NCBI GenBank assembly: GCA_021613535.1
Contig: CP075496.1
Location: forward strand, 1,984,001 to 2,048,000
From: Adineta vaga
Lineage: Eukaryota; Animalia; Rotifera
DNA: 64,000 nt
Reading direction: 5' to 3'
Part shown: piece after piece, positions 24,563 through 38,881 of the stretch
How positions within the stretch are numbered: position 1 is the stretch's first letter
Layout of the letters: every line of letters starts with the position of its first letter
Translations under genes and position numbers: made by a program
Notes under the pieces: model-generated
The model's database searches: none
What the model was told of the DNA's origin: nothing
The model's input: only the letters and a program-made list of their open reading frames with translations

Positions 24563-26365
24563 CTAGATAACTGTATTGTTCGTTTCTTTGAGTCGTAATT
24601 CAGCTGCTATACGACGATCATGTTCTTTAAGATAAAGTGTTCGATAAGTATCTCGTTCTTCTACAAAAGATCAATTCGATAGAAAAAAACGAGAAGCAAT
24701 TCAAAAGAGATATTTACGTGCTATTGAAACAAGTAACTGTTGAAGTTTTTCTTGAAAATAAGTCATTGTATTAAATGAACTGTCGAAATGTTGTACAAAT
24801 GCTAAATTAAGTGAGAAAAAAAAAGGATTTTCTTCGATCAAGAAATGATTTTTTTCGTCATACTTTCAATCGATTGTGTACTCATTTCTAAACTTCCTTT
24901 TGGTTCTTTTGTATTTGAATCATTTCCAGTAGTAGTTGTTGGTGTTGTTGTTGATGAAGATGCCGATGGTGATGATGATAAACCATTTTGATGATAATGA
25001 TGTCCATTTGGACGATTAATTACTGAATGTAATAATCGATTCAATGTACCAGTCAATCGTTTCGATGATGAACTTGTTGTTCCATTGATTTTATTTGGTA
25101 AAGTTTGTACAGATGGTGATGAAGGTGATGGACTATTGAATTCATTTTCTTGTTCAAGTTTAACTCCTATTGGAGTTGTTGTTGAAACATCATCGAGACC
25201 ATTAGTTATTTGAGATGGTGATAATGAATTACTTGGATTTTCTGTTTGATCACTATTTGGACTTCCTTGATTATCACCATGATGATTCGTATTCATATCG
25301 TCATCATCGGATAAAACATCAGCTGGACTATTTCCACCCATATAACATTGAGAACTTTCTATAGAAGATAGAAAACAAAATTAACAATGAACTTTATCAA
25401 AAGATTTTTAACTAACCACTAGCATTTTCATCGACAGAATCAAAACGAAATTGTGCTGACCCTGAATCTGTTTGTTTATCACTAGATAAGAAAAAAGGAT
25501 ACAAGTTAATTTTCTTTCAACATAGAAAGCAAAAATTAGTTTTCAATAGCTACCTATCTAATTGAATATTGTATTTTTTAATGAAGTTAGAACACCATGA
25601 ACGTGATGCAGCGAAATCTGGATTACCCGTTAATTCTCTCATTGTTGCTAACGCATAGGAATGAAAATCACGATTATTTACACGTTCGCCATTTTCCTGT
25701 CGAGTTTGAATCCATTCGAGAATTCGTGAATGAGCTTCTTTATTTCGTATAGCTGATGTTCGTTCACCATTCGGTTTTTGATATAGCCATGAAGGATTGT
25801 CGATGGTGCGACTTGAAATAATTTCGATGCAGCTTTAACTCCATGCTTTTCCGCATATTCATGTATTCGAACTTTTTGTTCCGGAGAAACAAGTTTATAT
25901 GAACCACGAATACGTTTCTGAGCAGGACGTTCAATTTTACGTCGACGTTTATTATTTTGATAATCAAGTTGATTCGTTGGTGGAGATGATGAAGATGATT
26001 GAACGGTGGAAAATTGTTGCTGAACAGCAGCAGCGAATGCATCGAACTTTTTTGTTGATTCATTTGATTGTCCTTTTAATTTTAATGTCGGAGAAGTTGC
26101 ATTTGAAGATGAATCACTTGGATCAAGTTGAGGTAGAACAGCCATAAAATCCTAAGTTAAAAATAAAGAAAACAGTATTTTTGTTGAACAAAGAGAGAAA
26201 GAAAATGCTTTTTTTTTAACTTACTGCGATCATACTTTCATCTGCTGTATAATCTATAGGTTCAATTTTTTGATGATGTTGATTATTGAGAGTATTATCT
26301 ACTGAACCTAATGGTGTTGATGCATGTGAATTAGTCATTTTCGTTGATGTTGAATGTTCACTCAT
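24563..26365 (-). CDS. Pogo/CENP-B-type double-HTH DNA-binding protein without DDE domain; one apparent 1-nt deletion near 25792
   Basis: RGSYKLVSPEQKVRIHEYAEKHGVKAASKLFQVAPSTI(L)SW (Brinker/POGK-like HTH) then ILEWIQTRQENGERV...ALATMRELTGNPDFAASRSWCSNFIKKY (Tc5/CENP-B HTH) once one T is restored. Introns present; C-terminal helical tail. Confidence 0.8.
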
Positions 26366-26654
26366 TGAAATAAACTATGGCTAAACGAAGAAAACGGATT
26401 GTAATAATAAGACGTTCTTATTTTATTCCAATATATAGTGTATTTGCTTTCGTGAGAAGGTCTTCTTTACCGAAGAACAAAAAAAAGTTTGTTAGAATAA
26501 GTTCAGTCGTCTACTGCTACCTTTTTTTCTTTATTCTGAAATGAATGTCAGAAAAAAGTATGTGTGTAGAAGGAAAAGAGGCAAAGAAAAAAGAGAACGA
26601 GACGAACTTTTTTATTCTGTTTGCTACCGAAGTGCTCAATTCGACTTCTTTTCA

Positions 26655-27860
26655 TATATATATATATATAGTCACCGAGTAGAAGTTAAAAAAAAGTGGA
26701 AAGAATGAGAAAAATTGTGTTCAACGATAAGCATTATTTTTTTCCTCATTGTGTGTGTGTGTGTGTGTTCGTCTTCTTCATTCTCAGTCTTTTTTTTCTG
26801 TATATGTGCGCGCATTTGGCGTCTGCAAATACATGAATACGAGTGAGAGTAGACAGATAGAAAGGAGAGAAAAAAAAGAAGGAAAAAAATGTTGGGGCCG
26901 AAAACGAATGGAAAACACACGAACTCTTTTATTCTTTCTCGATGTTGATGATAGTGAAGGAAGAGAGAGAGAGAAAGGGAACGGAACTAAAGGAAAAGAG
27001 CAAAACAGAAAAGAAGGGTAGCTAACCATCGGAAAAAATAATCTCAGAGAAAGGAAAAAGAAACAAAATCGTCTGCAAATGTATATAGATATAGAGTATG
27101 TACAATACAAAAAAAAAACTGCACACGAACATAAATGTAGAGTAACTATCAGCAGAATTTCTTTCTTCTTGAACTTCCGCACGCGCGCGCGGTCGCTCGT
27201 ATATGTTCTCGTTCGACGAAACATTCCGAATAGGAAAAAAAGAACGGACGCACGACGATAGATATGAGTTACGTCGTTCCAGAAACAAACTAGACCAAAA
27301 GATAAAAGAAAAAAAGTTCATCTATACTATCATCAGCATCAGCATCAGCATCAATAGAATCACTACGTATATCTAGATTGATTTTCCGAACACACACAAC
27401 GAACGGTTTCTTTTCAAACAGAATCAAAGAACATATTTTCGAGTTTAATTGCACATTAATATCTTCTATGAAAAGCAACACATACTCAATAGCGATGAAA
27501 AAGAAAGAAAAGAGCGAAGGCGAGGCGAAAAAGCGGACGAGACGGAAAAAAGTGTGTCTTGCGCTCGGAAAGTTGACGACCGATGATGGCGGTAGAATAA
27601 GCAGTCGTAACATCTTCTATTCTGCTATAGCTGCTGAAATGTTGTTCGTCGGGAACGAACGCGAGTGTGTGCACACATACACATACGTAACGACGAAGAA
27701 AAAAAGTTAAGTAGAGTCGTCTAGGTTTTTCCGTACCGCATCTGTTCTCGTTGATGTATTTACTTTACGTGTGTGTATGTGCTTTGTCTCTCTCTCTCTC
27801 TCCCTATGTTCGGGACTATACATAAGAGGAAAAGTCAGACATGTGTGTGTTTGTGCTTCG
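26655..27860. repeat. Microsatellite-rich, CpG-richer non-coding region: (AT)n, (GT)n, (AG)n, (CATCAG)n
   Basis: Short simple repeats near 26655, 26750, 26963, 27331 and 27788, upstream of the HTH gene. Confidence 0.6.
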
Positions 27861-28461
27861 ATGGTGAGCAATCTATATTGAGGAATATGATCTTTGCTTA
27901 TATGCACATATGCTAGTGAGAGTAACGTCGTTTTCGCGTCATCGAGAGGAAACAAAGATGAATGATGAATGAATATGAGAACAGACGGAAATGGACGTGT
28001 AAGCACAACCAAAAAAGAACCTTCCCAGCAATGATGCAATAGTGAATAATATTGCATATGACCGTGAATCTCATAACTAATCTCGTTTATTGAATGAATA
28101 GAAAAAGAAAACATATAATGAAACAACTAATTCCAATTCGAAATTCCAATTTATATTCGATTGCTTCAATACAATTGTATTTGCATGGATTAAAAACAAT
28201 AGTTAATAATAAAAACAAAAATGTACAAATATAAACATAAATAGAATTCTTCAGTAATTATTCACAACTGAAAAATCATTTGAAAAAGATACTTTCTAGG
28301 TATGACTATATGTATATGAATCACAATGACATATTTTGTTATTTATGGTTGAATGAATCAATTGGAGGTTTATCAAAGTATTTAACGTACATTGAAATAT
28401 ATCTGTTATCATATTTGTTTCAATTCATAATCAAAACACATACATATATTTAAACGTAGTA

Positions 28462-29028
28462 ATGGGTGCTCGTTCAAGTCGTGGATCATATCAACAGTGG
28501 GACTTAAATGAATTATCTCGAGCAACTGGTGTACCTACTAATCAAATTCAAGGAATCTATCAACAGTTTACACAAGCAGCTGGCCGTGATGGTGAATTAG
28601 ATCAAAAAGAATTTGCTCGTTTATACAGTCAACTTCCTGGTGCTCAACGACAAGATCCACGATATATGCAACAACAGATTCCGCGTATTTTTCGTACATT
28701 TGATCGCGATAATTCTGGTAAACTTTCTTTTGACGAATTTCTTAGTGCTACAGTTATGATGAATCATAATATGCCTCGACGTGAACGAATCAATTATCTT
28801 GTTCGAGAAAATAATCGTCATGGACGTCAACAAGGTGATGGACGTATCTCTGCTCAATATGGTCATCAAGTTTTTCGACGTCTCAATGATTATTATGGTT
28901 TACCTGCTGGTAGTGAACATCAATGTTGGAAACAAGTCGATCGAAATAATCGTGGTTATATTACTCAAGATGAACTCATGGCTTACATTAGTCAACAAGA
29001 TACTTATAATCAACGTTTTCAATACTAA
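28462..29028 (+). CDS. N-myristoylated EF-hand calcium sensor (NCS/recoverin-like), intronless
   Basis: MGARSS myristoylation motif; EF loops RDGELDQKEF, DRDNSGKLSFDEF and DRNNRGYITQDE. Confidence 0.88.
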   Translation: MGARSSRGSYQQWDLNELSRATGVPTNQIQGIYQQFTQAAGRDGELDQKEFARLYSQLPGAQRQDPRYMQQQIPRIFRTFDRDNSGKLSFDEFLSATVMMNHNMPRRERINYLVRENNRHGRQQGDGRISAQYGHQVFRRLNDYYGLPAGSEHQCWKQVDRNNRGYITQDELMAYISQQDTYNQRFQY

Positions 29029-29547
29029 ACTTTATTAATTGTTCATACGAAATAATCAAAATATTGTGTGAATTAAATTGATTAAAATAAAAGATAAAAT
29101 TTCCTTAAACAGAAGGTAGATAGAAAAGAAAATTTTCTCATCAAGTACAGTAAATAAACATCTTCGTTATAATATCTCTCATGACACATTCATAATATCC
29201 TTCAAGAACAAAAATATGATAGTAACACAAAGAAAAGCTATTCTTATCATTCTATGGATCATATTAAGATGCGTCAGAAGTGTTTTCTACGAATACATTT
29301 TGCCCTCAAAGAGCGTCATTGATCATTATTTCTATTGCATATTTACATGTGAGGTAAACGTATCGACGTCATCATGTGAACAAGAAAATACATACAGGTA
29401 TTTCTTCTTAATAGACATACACGTAATCAATGTAAATATTATATACAATACCGTCATTTCGTACTCAACGATATTATATGTACATATTTCTATCGATAGG
29501 TAAGATAGTATTAGATATTACGAGTGATAATTTGTATTTAATCATCA

Positions 29548-30006
29548 ATGGGTAATCGTTCAAGTAGTGTTACTGTACACAAATGGAATCCTAATCGATT
29601 AAAACAAATGACTGGCTTATCACAACAAAAAATTGATCAATATCATTCAAAATATATTGAAGCATGTGAACACGATGGTGTAATGAATGTGAATAAATTT
29701 ATTCGATTATATTCTCAACTACCTTTGAAAAATACTACGAATTTAGAAGAACGTGCAGTTCGTTTATTTCATGCTTTTGATCGAGATCATAATGGAGTAT
29801 TAACATTTGATGAATTTCTTTCTGTGATTACTTTAATCAATTATGAAATGACTGAAAATCAGTTTTCAATTGAAAACGAAATCTCGCCGAATATCAATGA
29901 GATAAAACATCGACGTTCAAAGCCAATGAATCGAAATATTCGTGCACTTGTTCTAAAACAAGAATTGATCGATTATCTAAACCGACCTTTGGCTACCAAT
30001 CAATAA
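29548..30006 (+). CDS. Tandem paralog EF-hand protein with shortened, degenerate C-lobe
   Basis: MGNRSS, RLYSQLP shared with the neighbour, and DRDHNGVLTFDEF; last EF loop degenerate. Confidence 0.8.
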   Translation: MGNRSSSVTVHKWNPNRLKQMTGLSQQKIDQYHSKYIEACEHDGVMNVNKFIRLYSQLPLKNTTNLEERAVRLFHAFDRDHNGVLTFDEFLSVITLINYEMTENQFSIENEISPNINEIKHRRSKPMNRNIRALVLKQELIDYLNRPLATNQ

Positions 30007-30651
30007 TGATATCGAAGGATTTCGTTTTGTGAACATCCTTAGTTTTAAATTGTATATATTCATTGAGTTTATTGATGGAAATTCGTTTAAAAATCAAATG
30101 AATTTTAAAATAAAGATGAAAAAACTGTAGTTTACTACAAAACTATGAAATTCATACCACACTTAATGACGTGGCATTTCTAAAATTAGTTCTTTTCAGT
30201 AAATATTTATTTCTATGTAGAGAAGGGTCGCCTTAGTCGAGACTAAATCTTTACCCAGTGAATGGTATTTACTAAACGCTTTTGATCGATTCCGATGATG
30301 TTCACTATAGATAACTATCTTTGCATAATCTATTTTGGTTCTGTTGTACATCTGGTTACAAGATCTTCTCAGCTCGAGTCATGCGAAACAATGTTCGATG
30401 ACCGATAGACATCACCACTCGAAACATTTGATGAACAGAAAGTATTTTATATGAGAAAATGTTATTCTATTAGTCTTTTAATGGTAACTCAAACAGACAA
30501 AATTGATATAACCAATGAAAGTTAAGTTAAAATACACGCATTCGAAAAGTTGATAGTATAAGATAGCCTGACTTGGCCGGACAGGCAGACAGATCACGAT
30601 AGAAAAAGTGTTCCGTGGGTAGCTCTGATTCATACAATATGTATGACTTTG

Positions 30652-32460
30652 TCATTTTCTTTCTGTTTCCACTCTGGTGTCCGAAGATGGCAAACTTGTT
30701 CGCGATTCTACTTGTGATTTTTGTTGAAGTTCTCGTTGAATTAGTTCCTGTTGAATATGCATCGGTAAACCCGGATTTAATTTTGTTACGAATGGTAAGA
30801 TTGCTTTGGACATATTTTCAAAATCGACAATTACTTTAATGAACATTGTATCATCCTTCACATAGGGATTGTCTAGTCCTTCAAATATACTCAAAGGAGC
30901 AAATTTTGGAATACCACTGGCAATATTCATATCCGATCGTGGTTGCTGAAAACTATTCGATCTTGTATCAGGTCGAAACGATTCAATGATATGATTCTTC
31001 GCCGGAGTTTGATCATAAAGACAAAATGTCACTTTGAAATTGAAAGGATATCGGAGGATAGAATCGTGCGGACCGCGTAATAAAACGAAAAATAACGACA
31101 TGTGAGTGCGACGTGCATTCCCATCGCCGTGTAAGTACAGGCGAGCCATCATTAGGTAGCCGGTTGGCGAGGAACGAAATGGTGGAGAATATATCGATGT
31201 TTGTCGCTCGGTTTTTGCATCATCTGAAAAGAAAATAGTTTGAATAGAATTTCAATGATTTCTCTACGAACTCATTTTCTTCTGAACTTCTTTTATTCTC
31301 CAAACTAAAGTTCCATCATAAGAAGTCACTTGTTGATCATCAATCTTAGTTTGAATTAGTGTTAATTCCTGTCGAAGAACTAATAAATTTATGTGCATTG
31401 CGTTTAAAATGCTATTTGTTTCTTCATTCAATGTTTTGATTGTGCATAATTTTTTTTCTGTTGTTTCGAGAGATTGATATATTTGTGTTGCATCATTAGT
31501 CAATTGTGCTATCACGTCTTTTATATGATGAACGCCGTTGTAAAAAAGATCAGCCAATTTGAAAAACTCTTCCAATTCATTTTGATGTTCATTCGTATTC
31601 AACATTGAAGATGGTCTTGATGATGCTTCCGTTTCCATACGTATGTTGACAGTAGCAGATTTTCTAGATTTTGCTTTGATTTGATTTATACACAACAATA
31701 GACTGTTTTGATGTTCCACAGTGTCATAATGTTTTCCCATTTCACCACGAAGAATCTATATTTGATCAACGATATAAGAAAACAAAATTATGTACAAAAC
31801 ATACTTGTTCTTTACACTCAAAGTTATGTAGACAGCAATTTATAGGTTTTTTCAAACATAAGTTTTCTTCATGGTTTTGTATTGATACTTGAGAATCAAA
31901 TATCTCCCCACAAGATGAACAGACAAATTGTTGATGGAACTTTTCAAGATGAACCTAGATCAAAAGAATGATTTAGAATAGTTCAATAAATAGAAAGAGA
32001 AATCAATACTTGATAGTTTTTTAGTTTATCGGTCCACTCACACGAACCACATGTAATCGAAAGTGTTTCCATATCTTTTCGAAATCCTTTGTCTAGTCGT
32101 ACCTATGAAAACTTAAAGATATAAAACAAATGATGATTTGAATATTACCTCTGCAATTGAACTGATTTCCTGACATATAATACATTGGATAAACCTTTAG
32201 ATAAATAAACTACACTCGATATAGAACACATGATGAACTAGATTTCTTACTCAGTTTGAGGCTGTATACATGTCTGGCATAATCTATGGCCGCACTCCAG
32301 TTGCATTGGATCTTTGAGTAGGCGTGAACATATTGGGCATTTATATTTCTCATCAAAGGATTCTAATAGGTTAACATAGTATCCGCCTGCATGTACCATC
32401 GCCTAAAATATAATATATTTTTCTATATAAGTCAATTCTATTGTGTAAACAACTTACCAT
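30652..32460 (-). CDS. TRAF: TNF receptor-associated factor (RING, TRAF zinc finger, coiled coil, MATH)
   Basis: ATG-only first coding exon (32458-32460), RING CPIC...CGHRLCQTC, SYDGTLVWRI, SIYSPPF...GYLMMARLYLHGDG, FKVTFCLYDQ, NIASGIPKF and YVKDDTMFIKVIVD; exons in frame. Confidence 0.93.
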
Positions 32461-35400
32461 CGTGTATATATGAGGAAGTTGATTGCACAAAGATTTGCTT
32501 TGATGTGAACTATGGTCTGGAATAAGACACTCAAAATCTAAAATTATAAATATATATATATAATTCATATGAAAACCAATTCATTCGACTTGGCTATCTT
32601 TCTACAAAACTATAGTGAACGTCTAGTAATAACTTAGACAAACACAAAAGAATGATAAAAATCAAATCATACAGCACCGTATCTATCATAAATAAGTTTG
32701 ATTGATAGCGCTCAGAAAGTATGAACATGTTCTAATGATTATTGCAAAATATCTTGGAAACGTAGAATCATGTATTTTCGTTATTAAAGCTACCAACAAC
32801 TTTAGTTATTTTTCTATTTTAAGACAAAGATTGTTACTTCAAGATGAAAATTTCCGTAGAGAAGACCTGGATTTGACTAATATTCCACGTGGCTTAAGTG
32901 TCATCAAGCTTTCCAATGATTGATGGGTCAGTTTCAAATTGTTCATGAATAAAATTCATTCATTGATTTACTTGCATTTCTCAAACACAAGTTCATTTGT
33001 ATGAGATCTTCGTTCAGTCATATTCAATGCTCTATGTCGAATGAAGCATATTGAAGAGCCAATAGAAAAGCTTTGGATCATATCGCTTTTCGGTTAAACG
33101 TCGTTTTCCAATCTTTGTTTTCTCCTTTTGATACCAAGCTATCACAGAAATGTGTGTATGTGTTCAAGTTACATTATCGAACATCTTCATGAGTAACTTT
33201 GATTATTGTATCAACTTTGTGTCTTATTGCCAACCATATGTTTCGTTTGAAAATGAATCTATTTAACTTTAGATTTCATCACTAGATTGCCAGCAATATG
33301 AAACTTTATCAAAGAGATTTAGGTTCTTTATATTTTTCTTCACATACAAAATGATAATTTCAAATTGTTTTGAGATCATTGAATGATAGTAATCGATATA
33401 ATCGAATTCTATCAATGCTTCATTATATATCGAATTTCTTCTTGTATATTTTTAAATTAACTTAGTGTTTAGCGTTTGTTTTATATAAACTGCATTAAAA
33501 TATCATTATAATAACACATACACGTGTTGTGCAATATTGATATTATTGCGCTTGTTCAATGTAGAATAGAAACAGATATTACATTCAAATATCTGAACCA
33601 GTTCTAGCAGCATTATTATCAATGACGAATGAAGACTAAATATGTTCTGTTATTCCAAGCCATTTCATCGGATTCTGATATTTTACATTGTTGATTTCGA
33701 TTAATGATAAAAACAAGCTTCCTATATAAATTAGGAAGCAATCAGCATTTTGTAATCAGTTCCAAATTTGTATCCATCAATTGAAATCATATTGAAAATT
33801 TGTTTTTGTCAGTATAAGTACTTTATATAGATATTTAAAAATCATTGTAAATATATGACGATTGCTATGCTGCAACCTCAGAATCCATCATATTGATTAT
33901 TTAACACACCATATAACATGTTTCCTACGTCTCTTTTAAAAGCCAATAAATTCACAATAGCCGAATCACCAGTATTTCAATGTTTCACGCGAACTGTTCA
34001 AGTTTAATTGAATAAATATATAGGACAAATTCTATTTTCGGAGAATATTCTCAGAACAGAATTGCAAATGTAGATATTCAGAGGACATTTCATTTTCACC
34101 ATATAATAGTCATCTATGAAAGAAGTAAACTTTTGTGCAAAATGATTCTTTTGCTCACAACTCATGATATCATATCTTATCTGAGTTTTTTTTTCAAGTT
34201 CTTTTTTTATGTATGAAGGATTTTTATGACGCAGTTGTTAATCGTAATTCTCTTATTATTATTCTCTTCTCGAAATTATTATTTTACGAAAACAACGCTA
34301 GATAACTTAATACGTTTAAGAACTTTTATTACAATGTCTGTCTCCATGTTTCAAACGAAATGTTTCGCCGAATGTCTTTCCATGTCTTATTTACGTCATT
34401 TATCGGTTGTCTATGGTAGGTCTTAAAAAATTACACTTAACCTTATCGAATCTACATTCTTGACTTTTTCTCTTTTCGCGGAAAAGAAAGGAATAAAAAT
34501 GAGAACACTGTTATCAAGCTATATTATTCTACTTGAATGTGAGCAACATAACAATATCTGAAAGATAATATCTTGTTGAGAAAAAACAGTTGCGTCATCA
34601 GGTTTTCACTTTCTTCTGTCTTCGTTGATTTTTATCTATTTTTTATCACAGATTATAATATAAGTAAGGATGGTTTTTTTCTCTGCTTGGAAATTTCATC
34701 GTCTGATGTTCTTTTATCTCTTCTTCGAATTGATAAGAAACGTAGTAAATAATCCATGGATCATTCTCTTCAACGATACAACAGAATAAAAGCTTTCTAG
34801 GTAAAAAGAAACGAGGCCATAAAAATTTTCATGTTCTTACCTGTGTACACAAAATCAATAATAAATTGAATAAAATAGTGGAAGACAAATTTTATTTGAG
34901 CAACCAATAAAATCCATTTATGCACATATTTCGAGGCACTTCTTGAATGTCATTCATAAACATCGTGCAATTCCGGAGAGAGATTCTTTAAGGTTACTTT
35001 CGACATATACAATCTTGCAAAAGTATGCTAAATCGGTCTATAAAATAGCATGTGATTAATGTAATTTGAATAACAGCTAGGAAATTTCCAACTTGAGACT
35101 GAATATGATATTTGTAAAAAACCATGTCTCCATCTATTGTAACTGATTACCTTTTTTTATAAATATCCACCAATCAGCAATAACTACTTCCTTTTTTTCT
35201 GTCTGATTGCTTTTTATGAAACATTAGTTATTATTTTGAAAAACGATACTTTTACCAACTAAATACAATATAGTTTATAATCTTATATTTGTGCATTCTT
35301 TTACTAAAATTTGATGCATGAAAAATAAATTGGTTCTCGATGTGCTTTGTAGATATATCTGGGCCAAAAAACGGAAGTAATAGAAATGAAAACGAATATT

Positions 35401-37259
35401 TCAATCAAATGATAAATCAGTGTCAATCAAATGTCTATACAACATGAGTACATACTGATTCGGAGAAAGGAAGTGACGAATATCGACACTATTTACTCAT
35501 TGTCAACAATATCATATAAGTAAAGGTTGAAGAAGGAAATGATTTTCTGCAATGAAATAGTATTTGAGCAAAGTGTGCAAATATTACGAAAATTATCGAA
35601 GAAGAAGAAGAAGAATGTCTTCAATTCATATTAAAAGTTTGTTTTACTAGAAGTCTCATTTTCGTCCAGACTTTCAAAAAGACCATTCGCTTCCGATGCG
35701 ATGTTACGACAATCATCTATGTCTAGATCATTGTCTTATATTCTCAAAGCAGAATAGTACACACAATACTCATATATTTGTTCTCAATATACTCATGCAG
35801 ACGAAATCGGAAAAACGCACAGAAAACTCGCTGTTTTGTCTTTTCTACGATGGCAGAGCTTTTTACATTATATTAAATGACCAGAATTGCTTCAAAATCG
35901 AAGGCAACACATTTGATTAGAAAATATATAATGTAACGCTGATGTTGTTTGAAATAAATTCTTGCCTCCGAACATTTTTCGAAAATCAAAGTAACAATTT
36001 TCACGTAGTTATAAGTAATTTAAAAAAGGTTGCTTACTCGTTATGCATTTACTTTGATTACTGCTACTGATCATGTTTCGTGTAAGTGCTCTCACTGCTT
36101 TTTGTTGTACTGTATTATTTTTTTTAGAAAAACAAACATATTTATGCAAAGAAGTTGTATTTGGAAAGAAATTTTTTTAAAAATCACTCAAGGTCATGGA
36201 ATATAACGAGTGTATGTTGGAAGAAATGTAAAATTTCTAATTATAACCATTGAATTTCTAGGTGCTTTTTTTTGACATAGGCAAGAAGCAAATTGATGCA
36301 AAGATAATTTCCATTCAAATTATCATACTATACAAGAATTCCGCAGAATAATATAGAATCTAAATAAATTGAAAAAAAACCCTCGAATTTCAATTTTAAT
36401 AAATAAATGATCGGTGCGAGAAATTTATAATTAAGTTCACAAATCTATTTAAGCATAAATTAGGTAGACACTTTTATTTTTATTTTCTCAATATATAGAT
36501 TCTATTGATTTCTATTGAACGCATCAAAAACCATATAATAGACATTAATTGTCTGCGAATCATAGATATAAACTATTCAGACTATACATAGTTGAGTTTG
36601 TGATCACATGTTTTGACACCCTCCAGGTAAAAGAAAATAGTTGATTCAATATAGGAGAATTATGCAGTAAGAGAAGTAGTGTAAAGACTTGACAAGTTTG
36701 AATTGAAGTTGGAAGAAAGAAAACTTCCAACTGGTTTTTTTTTCTGCAAGCTGATGAGTCATAAAATGTATTTACTTTTTATACTAAAATTTCCAACATC
36801 ATTATTTGAAAGAAATATTGTATACTGCTTTTCAGTATTCCATGAATAATCAAAACATAGAAAACAAATTTTCTGTGAATTGAGAATCAAATTGATTACA
36901 AATATTCTCCACCCATTCTCATTCGTTAATTAACAGCTATTATTGAATAATACCGTTCCAAAATGTCACTCATCAATACATAACACATTATTGTTTAGGA
37001 CAAATAGTTACAAAACAAATGCTGACATCCATATCGATAGAAAAATAGTTTGCAATTAACCGAAGCGCATCGTTTCATTTCTCTTTTATAGAATCTCCGA
37101 AAATTTCATACAAAACTAGGCAGAAAGGGTCATGCACACCAAAAAAAAGCCGAAGAAAAATAAAATGCTTGTCAAACCATCAAGCTAAAGGAAAAAGACG
37201 TTTTCCTTTATTTTATCATGAAGAAAAATATCCTTCGTTATCATGAATTTCTTTTTCCA

Positions 37260-38881
37260 TTACGCATAACTGCTGAACTTCCACGGCTCAGATAATCGAT
37301 TGAACGTTTCATTTTTCAATTCTTTCAAATTTCGAATAAGGCGCAATGCATTATCAACATCACGACGAGCTTGTCGCTAAATATGATAGAGCTATACTCA
37401 TTACAATGAAAACTAGATATTATCAACTTACTGTATTTATATCGAAATGATACATTCGTGGAGCAACACCAGCTTTATCTTCTAAAAGCCATTGTCGATT
37501 TTTTTTAATTTTCATTTGATTTTCGTAGAGTTTATCTACAGTATCATCATTCATTGCTTGTATTTCACTAAATTTTTTCTTTGAAAATCTCTTCAAACAA
37601 AATTCATACAACTTACTAAGCCATATCAATAATATCTTCAGCTTTCCATGTACTTGGTTTTGCATGAACACTTTGTGATAGACCATTATATTTGACACCA
37701 ACATCTCTAATTCCATCTTTCTCATATTGAACATACTGGAAACGAAAAAAGAACGAGAAAGTTTTCAACTTAATAAATATCATTTCTTGCCATTCGATAT
37801 CATTCATTTTCTCTCGATAACGTCTTTTTTTATTGCATTAATTAAATTATTAGGAACTAGATATTTATATATAATTGATAATTATTAGTGCAGATGCGAA
37901 AGAAAAAGTATTAATGTGAGTGTATATCACACAAAGGTATCTGAGCCAGTTTTGGAAAGGATGGTGCATATGTGTAGCGAACAAAATTTTTAATAATAGC
38001 TGGACTGAAATAAAGAATGTGTTCTGTTTTTCTCGGAATAATTTGAGAAAAGAAGAGGAAGACAGGAAATAGAAGGACATATGTTTATAATATCGAGCAC
38101 TTACCGTTCGTCCAAAATAATCACGCGGATTATTTAATTTTGCTGATCCAGTACTACCACCGGCACGTGATTCAACTGTACGTCGAACTTCTTCTCGAGC
38201 TCGATTTAATAAATCATCACCGCAAGTAACATTTGAATATGTTGATGGAGTTGAACAGCGTAATTGACGTAATTCACGTGAATAATCAACATCACGCATA
38301 GCACGTTTTAATGATGAAACACGATCCACTGAATCATTAAAACGATGATTTAATGACGAATCACGACCTAATGATGAATAGATTGAAGGTGAACGTTTAG
38401 TAGAAAACGATTGATGCTGGAAATTTTCGTGCGGGGAAAAATAATGTGACGTGCGTGGTGGTGTATGATACCCATTATAAGGTCGATAATGTGTATATTG
38501 ACTATCGAGGGTAATTGGGGTTCTATCTCGAATGCGTTCTGTATAACGATCAAAATCATGTGTACCATAAGTTGAATAAGGTCGACGTGTTTTTAAATTA
38601 TCATAACGACTTGTTGATTGTGCTCGATGATATCGATCATAAGGTTCATTAAGAGTACCAATAATTTCATCATTAATATCTTTAAAACGAGCTACAGAAA
38701 GAGCTCGAGATGAACGAGATGTTGGAGCATATAAGTCCGATGAATAAACGTTCAAACGTGATGAAAACCCGCCTCCATTGATACTATCTTCGCCTGGACC
38801 ATAATCATAAATCGATGGTGTAGTTTCTCGTCCTGGTGTTGTACCGCGGAGGCGACTCATCGAATGAGCTCGCTGATACAT
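37260..38881 (-). CDS. Hypothetical protein, S/R/Y-rich low-complexity N-half and helical C-terminus (4 exons)
   Basis: Long open exon 38881-38105 joins three downstream exons in frame at canonical GT-AG sites; family not recognised. Confidence 0.7.

Noticed and set aside
26672-28126. Many overlapping ORFs upstream of the HTH gene
   Set aside because: They translate microsatellites and A/T runs, with no coding signature.
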